Of a stretch of 64,000 nt of DNA, positions 36,807 through 46,051 are shown piece after piece. The stretch comes from Kiritimatiellia bacterium (GTDB lineage: Bacteria; Verrucomicrobiota; Kiritimatiellia; JAAZAB01). How positions within the stretch are numbered: the first letter of the stretch is position 1; each line of letters opens with the position of its first letter. The stretch covers positions 15,979-79,978 of the forward strand of contig JAQUQV010000002.1 of assembly GCA_028715905.1 (NCBI GenBank). Direction: 5' to 3'. The notes under the pieces were generated by a model. That model saw only the letters and a list, made by a program, of their open reading frames with translations. It searched no databases and was not told the origin of the DNA. A program made the position numbers and the translations under genes.

Positions 36807-38111
36807 TTGACGATGAAAAGATTATTACTGGTTGCGATGGGACTTTTGGTTGCGGCGGCCTGTCCGGGGGCCATGCATTACGTGGTGACGAACGGGACGC
36901 CGGGATGGACCGGCGCTGTTGATCCCTACACCAACTGGGCCACGGCCGGAACAAATATTATTGACGTGGTCAATGCCGCCATGACCAACGACGAACCAAG
37001 ACTGGTGCTAGTCTCCAACGGCACGTATTATCTGACCAACCAGGTGCTGATAACCAACGCCCTGACAATCCGCGGGGTCAAAGGCCGGGAGGCAACGATT
37101 GTGGATGGAGGATACGGGATGCCGACGAACACCTATGGGGGATGTTTTTATCTCTTATCGGGTGGCGGTGCGAAGACGTTGGATGGGTTTACGATTACTA
37201 ACGGATGTGCAACTTCAGGCGGTGGTGTTTATATGGCCAACGATGTCAGTAATACTGTTAAAAATTGTCGGATAACAGGGTGCGTGGCTACCAATACGTT
37301 TGGCAGTCTGGCCAGCGGGGGTGGGGCTTATGTCTGGCGTGGAGTTATGACCAATTGTGAAGTTATTGGGAACATTAACTATAACTGCTATGGCGGAGGA
37401 ATTCTTCTGCGACGCGGTATAGTTGCGAGCTGTGTCGTTGCTCAAAACACGGTATACCAGGGAAAAACAGGGAATGAAGTTACGGGCGGCGGAATACATA
37501 CTTTTGAATCTACTAGTTCCATTAATAATTGTGAAATTTATAGTAATGAAGTTGTCGGCACCTATCTAATAGGCAGCGGCGTGGCCTTGAAGGACAATGC
37601 GGTTTTGCGTAATTCGCTAATCTATGGCAACATGGGCCAGCATGCAGTGTCTATCTATAATACAGGGGGAAAAGTTCAGAATTGCACAATAGTAGGTAAT
37701 AAGGCTGGAGGAATTTATCTTTATGCTGCTTCTACATATACCGGTTGTATTGAAAATGTCGTCAGTTATTTCAATGTGGGATCGTCTGATAGTAATGTTT
37801 ATTTTAATTCCAACGGCAAAGGTTCTTACCAAATAATCAACAGCTGCATTGCGCCCACTAACACCTTTCCGACCAGTGGAATCGAGGGATATTATTACGC
37901 CGGTAATATTGAGTCCGATCCACAGCTCGCGGATAAGGACAATAATAATTTTCGACTGGCGCAGGATTCTCCCTGCGTCAATGCCGGCACGAACCAGGAA
38001 TGGATGACGAACGCGGTTGATCTGGACGGCGCCGCGCGCATCCGCTACGGCCGGGTGGACATGGGCGCCTATGAACGCATCTATCACGGCGTCGTCTACG
38101 GCGTGCGATAA
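36807..38111 (+). CDS. Secreted right-handed parallel beta-helix repeat protein with a choice-of-anchor-Q-type C-terminus
   Basis: Signal peptide. G/N/T-rich beta-helix rungs (NCxIxGN repeats). C-terminal DLDGAARIRYGRVDMGAYE motif. Confidence 0.6.
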   Translation: MTMKRLLLVAMGLLVAAACPGAMHYVVTNGTPGWTGAVDPYTNWATAGTNIIDVVNAAMTNDEPRLVLVSNGTYYLTNQVLITNALTIRGVKGREATIVDGGYGMPTNTYGGCFYLLSGGGAKTLDGFTITNGCATSGGGVYMANDVSNTVKNCRITGCVATNTFGSLASGGGAYVWRGVMTNCEVIGNINYNCYGGGILLRRGIVASCVVAQNTVYQGKTGNEVTGGGIHTFESTSSINNCEIYSNEVVGTYLIGSGVALKDNAVLRNSLIYGNMGQHAVSIYNTGGKVQNCTIVGNKAGGIYLYAASTYTGCIENVVSYFNVGSSDSNVYFNSNGKGSYQIINSCIAPTNTFPTSGIEGYYYAGNIESDPQLADKDNNNFRLAQDSPCVNAGTNQEWMTNAVDLDGAARIRYGRVDMGAYERIYHGVVYGVR

Positions 38112-38194
38112 AACCTGATGGCAAGCCTAAAGGGCGTGTTGCCCAAACGATGAAAAAGAGAATAACGCCGGCGAACGGGACGCGGGGAATATTT

Positions 38195-38228
38195 GCCGGG
38201 AAATTTTCGGATGGCGGCCTGCCGCCTT
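38195..38228 (+). repeat. 36-bp conserved motif copy 3
   Basis: gccgggaaattttcggatggcggcctgccgccttgg; compare 9411..9446. Confidence 0.5.
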
Positions 38229-38319
38229 GGATCATTCCGTTTAAAACCTGGCCACGCACAGCGCGTGGTTGGCCTGCAGCTGGGCAGGCATATGACAGTT
38301 TTGCGAAGATGATGAACCT

Positions 38320-38367
38320 GTAGGGGCGCCACCCCGCTGGCGCGATAATTCGCCTCAGCGGGGCTCC
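38320..38367 (+). repeat. REP-like GC-rich hairpin element beginning GTAGGGGCG
   Basis: GTAGG head plus a ccccgctg...cagcgggg stem; similar heads at 47101 and 47255. Confidence 0.3.
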
Positions 38368-38407
38368 TCCAGCGGTCTAATAAAGCGCGAAGCGCGGGGG
38401 ATTTGTG

Positions 38408-39505
38408 ATGAACACGCCGTATTATCTGATAGACGAAAGCAAACTGCTCGGGAATCTTAAAATCATCCGGCGGGTGCGCGCCTATTCGGGCGCAAAGTCC
38501 GTGCTGGCGCTTAAATGTTTTTCAACCTGGAGCGTGTTTCCCCTGATGCGCAGATACATGGACGGCACCACGAGCAGTTCGCTCTTTGAGGCCCGCCTGG
38601 GGTATGAAAAATTCGGGGGGGAAACGCACGCCTACAGCGTCGGGTTTTCCAGGGAGGACGTCAAGGCCGCCGCTGAATTCGCCGATAAAATCATCTTTAA
38701 TTCGGTTTCCCAGCTTGAAGCCCATGGAGCCGAAGCGCGCGGTCCGCAGATCGGTCTGAGGATCAATCCGGGAATCAGTTATTCGCATTACGATCTGGCC
38801 GACCCGGCCCGTAAATATTCGCGTTTGGGCGTCAGGGACCGGCGCGAATTGATGCGGGTATCCCGCCTTGTCAGCGGCGCGATGTTTCATTTTAACTGCG
38901 AGAACGGCGACTTTAAAAATTTTGCGGCGGCCCTGGATTTCATCGGGCGCAATTATGCCGGTTTCCTTGAGAAACTGGAATGGGTCAGCCTGGGCGGCGG
39001 GGTAACCTTTACCGGACGGAAATACCCGCTTGAAAAATTCTGCCGCCTGTTGAAAAAATTCAGCGAGCGGTTCGGCGTGCAGGTTTATCTGGAGCCGGGC
39101 GAGGCGGTTATTGCCGGCTGCGCCGAGCTGGTAACGACGGTGCTGGATGTTGTGCGCAATAAAATTGACATCGCCGTCGTGGATGCTTCCACCGAGGCGC
39201 ACATGCTGGACCACCTGGTTTATCGGACCAGCGCGCGGATTGCCGCCCCGGGGCGGGGACGCTTCCAGTGCATGATTGCCGGCCGTTCCTGCCTGGCGGG
39301 AGACGTGTTCGGCCAATACCGCCTTGCGAGAAGGCTGAAGTCCGGCGATATTGTCCGCATCGCGGACGCGGCCGGATACACAATGGTCAAAAAGAACTGG
39401 TTCAACGGCCTGCCCATGCCGGCCATTTGCGTGAGAAGGCTGGATGGAACATTTACTACGGTCAGAAGTTTTGGATACAAGGATTATGTTGCCAGTCTGT
39501 CATAA
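38408..39505 (+). CDS. nspC: Carboxynorspermidine/carboxyspermidine decarboxylase (PLP, fold III)
   Basis: The N-terminal TPYYLIDE and the overall NspC homology; 365 aa. Confidence 0.8.
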   Translation: MNTPYYLIDESKLLGNLKIIRRVRAYSGAKSVLALKCFSTWSVFPLMRRYMDGTTSSSLFEARLGYEKFGGETHAYSVGFSREDVKAAAEFADKIIFNSVSQLEAHGAEARGPQIGLRINPGISYSHYDLADPARKYSRLGVRDRRELMRVSRLVSGAMFHFNCENGDFKNFAAALDFIGRNYAGFLEKLEWVSLGGGVTFTGRKYPLEKFCRLLKKFSERFGVQVYLEPGEAVIAGCAELVTTVLDVVRNKIDIAVVDASTEAHMLDHLVYRTSARIAAPGRGRFQCMIAGRSCLAGDVFGQYRLARRLKSGDIVRIADAAGYTMVKKNWFNGLPMPAICVRRLDGTFTTVRSFGYKDYVASLS

Positions 39506-39694
39506 AAAGGAATTTGAAATTTCTCTCGGCTTCGGTACGCAGGAGGAAATCAACGAATCAATTCAGTTAATCGAGAAGCACTTCTGAGTTTCGGCATAAA
39601 GAAACACACAAAACAGATGTTTTGCCAGACTGTCTCCAGCGCGCTGGGCGCGCTTCCAGTAGTGGGTGATCTTTAACGTTTGGAGAAGGAAATA

Positions 39695-40699
39695 ATGCAG
39701 ACGAACATGCAGAATGGGGAGACGAGAGGAGAAATCGTTATTTACCGGGCGAAGGATGGGCGGACCAGCCTGGAAGTCAACCTGCATCAAGAGACCGTCT
39801 GGCTGACACAGTCCCAAATGATTGATCTGTTCCAGAGGGATCAATCGGTCATTTCGCGTCATATTCATAACGTGTTCAAAGGAGGAGAGTTGCATCCGCA
39901 AAGCAATATGCAAAAAATGCATATTGCCGGGTCAGATAAACCCGTGGTGATGTACAGTTTGGACATGATCATCTCAGTCGGTTACCGGGTTAACTCCCGG
40001 CGTGGCACGGAGTTCCGCATATGGGCAACGCAAGTCCTCAAAGACCATATTCTTAAAGGATATACGGTCAACGAAAAGAGACTGCGTGAACAGGCAACGC
40101 GATTCAAAGAACTACAAGAAGCCGTTGACCTGATGGGCCGGATCATGCAAGACCGGCAATTGGCAGGTAACGAAGCAGAAGGTCTGCTCAAGATCATTGC
40201 CAACTACTCGTTGGCTCTGTCGCTTCTTGATCAGTATGACCATCGGCAATTGGCGTTTCGTGACACCACCTTGACAACGTCTTTTGTTATGACATACGAG
40301 TTGGCCAAGAAAGCCATTGCAAAGTTGGCGGAACAGTCGCCGTTTGGTGGCGGGCTTTTCGGTCAGGAGAAAGACGCGTCCTTTAAAGGTTCGCTTGGCG
40401 CCATTTATCAAACTTTCGGCGGGCACGAGCTTTACCCAAGTATTGAGGAAAAAGCGGCTCATCTTTTATATTTCGTGATCAAGAACCATTCTTTTGCCGA
40501 CGGCAATAAACGGATTGCCGCCTTCTTGTTCGTCTGGTTCATGGACGCTAACCGGATTCTGTACCGGAAAGACGGGACCAAACGCATCGCAGATAATGCG
40601 CTCGTCGCGCTTACACTCCTGATCGCGGAAAGCAAGCCGAAGGACAAGGATATCATCGTCAAAGTGTTGGTGAATCTGATTAATAGAGGAAATGTTTGA
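39695..40699 (+). CDS. RhuM-family protein with a C-terminal Fic/Doc domain (Doc-type HxFxDGNKR motif)
   Basis: RhuM-like N-terminus (GEIVIYRAKDGRTSLEVNLHQETVWLTQSQMIDLFQRDQSVISRHIHNVFKGGEL). The Fic/Doc active-site motif HSFADGNKRIAA. A GGAG RBS lies before the ATG at 39695. Confidence 0.7.
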   Translation: MQTNMQNGETRGEIVIYRAKDGRTSLEVNLHQETVWLTQSQMIDLFQRDQSVISRHIHNVFKGGELHPQSNMQKMHIAGSDKPVVMYSLDMIISVGYRVNSRRGTEFRIWATQVLKDHILKGYTVNEKRLREQATRFKELQEAVDLMGRIMQDRQLAGNEAEGLLKIIANYSLALSLLDQYDHRQLAFRDTTLTTSFVMTYELAKKAIAKLAEQSPFGGGLFGQEKDASFKGSLGAIYQTFGGHELYPSIEEKAAHLLYFVIKNHSFADGNKRIAAFLFVWFMDANRILYRKDGTKRIADNALVALTLLIAESKPKDKDIIVKVLVNLINRGNV

Positions 40700-40709
40700 A
40701 AAGGAAATT

Positions 40710-42092
40710 ATGAAAAAAAACATACTTATCATAGGCGCCGGCGGGGTGGCGCATGTTGCGGCCCACAAGGCAGCCATGCATAACGATTTGCTCGGCGATA
40801 TCTGCATCGCGTCGCGCACGCAATCCAAATGCGATGCGATCATCCAGAGCGTTAAGAGGAAAAATCATGTCAAGGACAAGTCAAAAAAGCTTTATTCCCG
40901 CCGGCTTGACGCGCTTGACGTTTCCGCGACCATGCGGTTGATCAAGGCCGCCCGGGCCGGGATTGTCATCAACCTTGGCAATGCGTTTGTCAATATGTCG
41001 GTTCTGGAGGCATGCCTGGGAACCGGCGCGGTTTACCTGGATACCGCCATTCACGAGGAACCTGACAAAGTCTGCGAAAACCCGCCCTGGTACGCCAATT
41101 ACGAATGGAAGCGCAAAGCCCGCTGCCGGAAAAATGGTCTGACCGCCATTCTCGGCGTCGGTTTTGATCCGGGCGTGGTCAACGCCTATTGTGCCCTGGC
41201 GGCGAAACATTATTTTGACAAAATTGACACAATTGACATCATGGATGTCAATGCCGGCCGCCACGGCAAATATTTTGCCACCAATTTTGACCCGGAGATT
41301 AATTTCCGCGAGTTTATCAAAGTCTGGACATGGATTGACCGGCGCTGGAAACAATATCCCACGCACTCCGTCAAGCGCGTTTACGATTTCCCGGTCGTCG
41401 GTCCCCAGCCGATTTACCTGAACGGGCACGACGAACTGCATTCGCTTTCCAGAAACATTGACGCCAACAGCATCCGGTTCTGGATGGGATTCGGCGACCA
41501 CTACATCAATGTTTTTACCGTGCTCCGCACGCTCGGCTTGCTTTCACATCTGCCGGTAACGCTCGGCGCGGGGCAAAAAGTCGTGCCGTTGAAAGTTGTC
41601 AAGGCGCTTTTGCCGGACCCGAAGACGCTCGCGCCCAGCTACACCGGCAAAACCTGTATTGGCAATTTTGTCAGGGGATGGAAAAACGGGAAGAAACGGG
41701 AGGTTTTCATTTACCAGGTTTCGGACCATAAGAAATGCTATCGCGAGGTAGAATCCCAGGGCATCAGTTACACGGCCGGCGTGCCGCCGGTGGCCGCGGC
41801 CATGCTCGTGGCCAGGGGCGTCTGGGACCCGAAAACCATGGTGAACGTGGAAGAACTGAATCCCGATCCCTTCATTGCGATACTTGACAAGATCGGCCTG
41901 CCCACGGACGTCAGGGAAATCAAGCCCGGAAGCAGGGATTCGTTTAACGGCACAGTCGGCAAGATAGAAAATGAACTTGAGAAATCTACCGCAACGGTTA
42001 CCGTCTCTGCCGCCAACCCGATGATTGCCGTGGGGCCTGTTTCCGGAACCGCGCAACAAAAGAAGAAAAAAATATACGGATTCGGCAGATAA
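40710..42092 (+). CDS. Carboxynorspermidine synthase/dehydrogenase (saccharopine dehydrogenase family)
   Basis: N-terminal Rossmann motif MKKNILIIGAGGVAHV and full-length similarity to CANSDH-type saccharopine-dehydrogenase-like enzymes; the usual partner of nspC. Confidence 0.75.
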   Translation: MKKNILIIGAGGVAHVAAHKAAMHNDLLGDICIASRTQSKCDAIIQSVKRKNHVKDKSKKLYSRRLDALDVSATMRLIKAARAGIVINLGNAFVNMSVLEACLGTGAVYLDTAIHEEPDKVCENPPWYANYEWKRKARCRKNGLTAILGVGFDPGVVNAYCALAAKHYFDKIDTIDIMDVNAGRHGKYFATNFDPEINFREFIKVWTWIDRRWKQYPTHSVKRVYDFPVVGPQPIYLNGHDELHSLSRNIDANSIRFWMGFGDHYINVFTVLRTLGLLSHLPVTLGAGQKVVPLKVVKALLPDPKTLAPSYTGKTCIGNFVRGWKNGKKREVFIYQVSDHKKCYREVESQGISYTAGVPPVAAAMLVARGVWDPKTMVNVEELNPDPFIAILDKIGLPTDVREIKPGSRDSFNGTVGKIENELEKSTATVTVSAANPMIAVGPVSGTAQQKKKKIYGFGR

Positions 42093-42209
42093 AAACCGCG
42101 CGATATTCTAACGTGATGGAATATAAAGAGCGCCTTAATCAACTTTGGGGTTGTCAAAGTTGAGGTGAAAAGAAAAGTCAGGCAGTTGACCAACTGAGGA
42201 ATAGTGGAT

Positions 42210-42235
42210 TTACAGGATAAAAAAGTATCCTGTAA
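42210..42235 (+). repeat. Perfect 10-bp inverted repeat TTACAGGATA-N6-TATCCTGTAA
   Basis: Seen directly in the sequence. It lies between the CANSDH gene and a degraded ORF. Confidence 0.35.
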
Positions 42236-42594
42236 TCCTGTCGATTCTTTTCTGCGGATTGCTAAATAGCCGCGCTGATGTATCCGCGCCGCCGGCGTTC
42301 ATACGGGATTACCGGTTCTGGAAAATGTTCAAGCGCTTTGACAAAATCACCGGTCTCAAATCCCGGAATGCGATGCTTGATTTTGACGCGCAGGATTTCC
42401 TGGAAAATCGCCAGCATGGCCGGTTTTAAGCAGGTCAACGGTCTGTTCAAACTGGCGCTGGAGCCGTTCCGGATGCAGGGCGCTGTATAGGAAGAATATT
42501 CATGACTATGGACGCATGACGTTAAATCTAATTCCCCCTTGTCAAATAATTATTCCCTGCGGATTTGCGGGGGGATAAAATTATAAAAATATTA

Positions 42595-42622
42595 TTTACA
42601 ACAATATACAATAATGTATATT
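42595..42622 (+). promoter_or_regulatory. Promoter (TTTACA-N16-TATATT) with an embedded operator palindrome ATATACA-ATAA-TGTATAT for the abiE operon
   Basis: A perfect 7-bp inverted repeat (42604..42621) overlaps the -10 element. It ends 2 nt before the first ATG, which suggests autoregulation and a possibly leaderless mRNA. Confidence 0.4.
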
Positions 42623-42623
42623 A

Positions 42624-43271
42624 ATGATTATGAGATTTGGAGAGCTTATTAAGGCTGTCAGGGAGATGCCGCATTTTGACCTGGCAGCGATTGTGCAACT
42701 CGCGGGAGAGCCGAGGCAATCCTTGCGCATGCAGTTGTCCCGCCTGATCAGACAGCGAAAAATTATTTCCCTTCGGCGCGGCATGTATGTGTTGGGCGAG
42801 CTGTACCGGAAGGTGAATCCGAATCCGGCAGTAATGGCGAACCGGATTTACACACCATCGTACCTGAGTTTTCACTGGGCGCTGGGATATTACGGAGTGA
42901 TTCCGGAGAAGGTTGTTTTGTTCACAAGCGCAACCGCGCGTGTGCCACGGTTATTTAAGAATGAGTTCGGAAGTTTTCAATACAAACATATCAAACCGGA
43001 TTGTTTTACCGGTTACCAAACCGTAGACATAGATGGCCAAAAGGTTCTGATCGCCGTTCCCGAGAAAGCCCTGCTGGATCTCTGGCATATTGAAAACAGG
43101 GAGTGGACAACAGAACGTATGGCCAGCATGCGATTCCAGAACTTTGAAATCGTGTCACGGAAGAAGTTGGAAAAATATGCGGAATTGTATCAATCGTCCC
43201 GTCTTCTCCGGGCTGTCAAGAATTGGCGGGTATATGTTAAAGCGGAGATGGAAGGGGCAAAGGAATTATGA
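42624..43271 (+). CDS. abiEi: AbiEi-type antitoxin/transcriptional regulator (type IV TA / abortive infection)
   Basis: An N-terminal winged-helix-like region upstream of, and overlapping by 4 nt, an AbiEii-family gene; size 215 aa. Confidence 0.65.
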   Translation: MIMRFGELIKAVREMPHFDLAAIVQLAGEPRQSLRMQLSRLIRQRKIISLRRGMYVLGELYRKVNPNPAVMANRIYTPSYLSFHWALGYYGVIPEKVVLFTSATARVPRLFKNEFGSFQYKHIKPDCFTGYQTVDIDGQKVLIAVPEKALLDLWHIENREWTTERMASMRFQNFEIVSRKKLEKYAELYQSSRLLRAVKNWRVYVKAEMEGAKEL

Positions 43272-44074
43272 AAGACGAGGTTATCAGTCTGACCAGAAAT
43301 ATCGCAGATCCCGCCCAGCGCCTTAATGTGCTTCGGGAATATCTGCAGGTGCTGGTAATGCGTTCGTTTCATGAAAGCGAAGCTTTCCAATGCATCGCTT
43401 TTGTCGGCGGCACGGCGTTGAGATTTTTATACGGATTGCCGAGATTTTCTGAGGATTTGGATTTCTCGCTTGATTCCAAAGATAACTATTTCCCCGAGAA
43501 ATGGTTGAGCAAAACAAAGCGGGATCTTCAGCTTGCCAGCCTCGACGCCACGGTTACTTTGAATGACCGCAAGACAGTCCACGTAGCTTGGATCAAGATT
43601 GGCGAAGTTCTCAAAGATGTTGGACTGGCCGCAATGGTCCAACAGAAACTATCAATCAAACTGGAGATTGATACGCGCCCCCCGGGCGGGGCGCAGACCC
43701 GGAATCAGGTTATTGAACGTCATCGGATGTTTGTGGTCAGATGTTATGACCTGCCGTCGCTTATGGCCGGCAAACTGCACGCGTTGATTACGCGCCAGCA
43801 TTGCAAGGGCAGGGACTGGTATGACTTTCTCTGGTACCGGGCGCAACGGCCGCAGCCTGAGCCAAATCTTTTGTTGTTGCAGAATGCGCTGGATCAGACT
43901 GAGGGCAAAAGCGCATTTAAAAGCGGCCAGTGGAAAGATCTCGTGCGCGACAAGATCGGCAAATTGAATATCAACCAGGTGAGGCAAGATATTCGTCCGT
44001 TCCTGGAAGAGCAGAGAGACGTGGATTTGATTACAAAAGAAAATCTGGAATCCCTGCTGAAACCCATCGGCTGA
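43268..44074 (+). CDS. abiEii: AbiEii/AbiGii-family nucleotidyltransferase toxin (DUF1814)
   Basis: Motif FVGGTALRFLYGLPRFSEDLDF typical of DUF1814 nucleotidyltransferases; 268 aa; ATGA overlap with abiEi. Confidence 0.75.
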   Translation: MKDEVISLTRNIADPAQRLNVLREYLQVLVMRSFHESEAFQCIAFVGGTALRFLYGLPRFSEDLDFSLDSKDNYFPEKWLSKTKRDLQLASLDATVTLNDRKTVHVAWIKIGEVLKDVGLAAMVQQKLSIKLEIDTRPPGGAQTRNQVIERHRMFVVRCYDLPSLMAGKLHALITRQHCKGRDWYDFLWYRAQRPQPEPNLLLLQNALDQTEGKSAFKSGQWKDLVRDKIGKLNINQVRQDIRPFLEEQRDVDLITKENLESLLKPIG

Positions 44075-44103
44075 TATGGAATATTTTGGCGGGCGGCCGG
44101 CCG

Positions 44104-45186
44104 TCATTTTGCCGGCGGAATATGGCGCAGGGCGGCGTCGGCCAGGACCAGGGCGGTCATTGCTTCAACAATCGGCACGGCCCGCGGAACAACACAGGGA
44201 TCGTGCCGGCCCTTGCCCTCCAGCAGGGCCGGGCGGCCGTTAAAATCAGCCGTGCGCTGTTTTCGGGCGATGGTTGCCGCGGGCTTGAAGGCCACCCGGA
44301 AGAAAACCGGCTCGCCGTTGCTGATGCCGCCCTGGATGCCGCCGCTGTTGTTGGTCAGCGTTCCCAGGCGTTTCCCCTTTTTGACAAAGAGGTCGTTATG
44401 TTCTGAACCGCGCATTTGTGCCGCGGCGAACCCCGACCCGATTTCAAAGCCCTTTGCGGCCGGTATGGATAACATGGCGTGCGCCAGCAGGGCCGGCAGT
44501 TTGTCAAACACCGGCTCGCCCCAGCCGGCCGGGACCGGCCGGCAGAGGCAGGTGATTATTCCGCCGATGGAATCGCCGGCGGCGCGGACTTTTTCTATTT
44601 CAGCTTCCATTTCTTCCGCGGTTTTTGCGTCAGGACAACGGACCGCGTGTTTATCCACGGCGGCGCGGGCGGGCGGCGCGGCGCTTAAATCCGGCGCCGC
44701 GATTCGGCCGACCGAACTTACCCAGGCCGTGATTCGCACGCCGTGTCTGACGGCGAGCAATTTTTCCGCCACCGTTCCGGCGGCGACGCGCGCCGCGGTT
44801 TCGCGCGCGCTGGCCCGTCCTCCGCCGCTGGCCGCCAAAATGCCGTATTTTAAAAGGTAAGTCAGGTCGGCGTGCGCCGGCCGGGGAACGTTTGAGAAAC
44901 GTTTGTAATCAGAAGAGCGCGCGTCGGTATTGCCTACTAAAAGCGCGATCGGCGCGCCGGTCGTCATCCCTTTTTCTATTCCGGAAAGAATGCTTACCCG
45001 GTCCGCTTCCTGCCTTTGGCTGGTCAGCTTGCTTTGCCCCGGACGCCGCCGGTCAAGCTGGTTTTGCAGTTCCTTTTCTGAAATTGGAATCCTTGAGGGA
45101 CATCCGTCAATGACCGCGCCCAGGGCCGGGCCGTGGGATTCACCGAAGGTTGTTACCCGGAAAACTTTTCCAAAAGTGTTTGACAT
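44104..45186 (-). CDS. aroC: Chorismate synthase
   Basis: [16 protein letters not shown] and full-length AroC homology. Confidence 0.9.
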   Translation of the reverse strand: MSNTFGKVFRVTTFGESHGPALGAVIDGCPSRIPISEKELQNQLDRRRPGQSKLTSQRQEADRVSILSGIEKGMTTGAPIALLVGNTDARSSDYKRFSNVPRPAHADLTYLLKYGILAASGGGRASARETAARVAAGTVAEKLLAVRHGVRITAWVSSVGRIAAPDLSAAPPARAAVDKHAVRCPDAKTAEEMEAEIEKVRAAGDSIGGIITCLCRPVPAGWGEPVFDKLPALLAHAMLSIPAAKGFEIGSGFAAAQMRGSEHNDLFVKKGKRLGTLTNNSGGIQGGISNGEPVFFRVAFKPAATIARKQRTADFNGRPALLEGKGRHDPCVVPRAVPIVEAMTALVLADAALRHIPPAK

Positions 45187-45317
45187 GATTTTACCTTTCT
45201 GCGGGCAAGAATAATACAAACATTTTTTTTATTCAACTGCAAAAACCGGCTATTGACGATGACTTTTAATACGCTATTCTAAATCGGCGGTAAAAACGCA
45301 ATTTTGAAAGTGGAATT

Positions 45318-46037
45318 ATGAACCATGATGCGCCGGGCGAAGGGATAGTTGCTGCCGGAAAAGGCGGGGAAGATATAGAAACGATTGATTTTATCAGCCT
45401 TGGCAGGGGATTTTCGCGCATGTTCTGGGGGCTGGCGCTGGCCGCGGTTTTGTTTTTGAGCCAGGCGAAGTTTGAGTTTTTTGCCAACATCCGCCTGCCG
45501 GCCTGTTTTCTGGGAATTGCGTTTTATTGCTGGGGGCTGCTGACTTTACTGCGTGCCGGAAAAATAAGCTCCGGCTGGAATTTTCATGTGGGGCTGGCGC
45601 TATTGCTGGCGCTGCTGGAAATATATTTTTTTCCGTTTGTGCGCTGGTGGCGCGCCATGCCGTATGTTTCCTTTTTCACGTTTAACGTCGGCGCGCTGGC
45701 CGCGGCGGTTATTGTTTCTCTTTATTTGAGCAATATCATCGCCGCCGATTTTTTCAATCGCCTGTCTTTGAAGAAAGAGCGCCTGGAATCCCGGATTTAT
45801 GCCGGCACGGTCGCGGTTTTTATGGCTCTTCCGCTTCTGGCGGCGGTCGTTTTGGCAAATTTTTCCGCCCGGCGCTACCAGACCATGTTTCTGGACGAGC
45901 TGGCCGGCTTGGCGCATGATGTGCCGATATGGCTTTATATTATCGTTACCGTGCCCTATTCATTAACCCTGGCGGTTTTGTGGAAGGCGCGCGACCGCAG
46001 TTATCAGAAATTTTATCAGGCAGGAACGACAAGCTGA
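45318..46037 (+). CDS. Hypothetical polytopic membrane protein
   Basis: Five to six predicted TM helices; no family recognised. Confidence 0.5.
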   Translation: MNHDAPGEGIVAAGKGGEDIETIDFISLGRGFSRMFWGLALAAVLFLSQAKFEFFANIRLPACFLGIAFYCWGLLTLLRAGKISSGWNFHVGLALLLALLEIYFFPFVRWWRAMPYVSFFTFNVGALAAAVIVSLYLSNIIAADFFNRLSLKKERLESRIYAGTVAVFMALPLLAAVVLANFSARRYQTMFLDELAGLAHDVPIWLYIIVTVPYSLTLAVLWKARDRSYQKFYQAGTTS

Positions 46038-46051
46038 TCCGGTCGTTTTTT

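Noticed and set aside
42278-42490. Plus-strand 70-aa ORF overlapping the degraded minus-strand ORF
   Set aside because: Its N-terminal half is Arg/Ser-rich and not protein-like. Neither strand has a convincing start, so the region is treated as a gene remnant.
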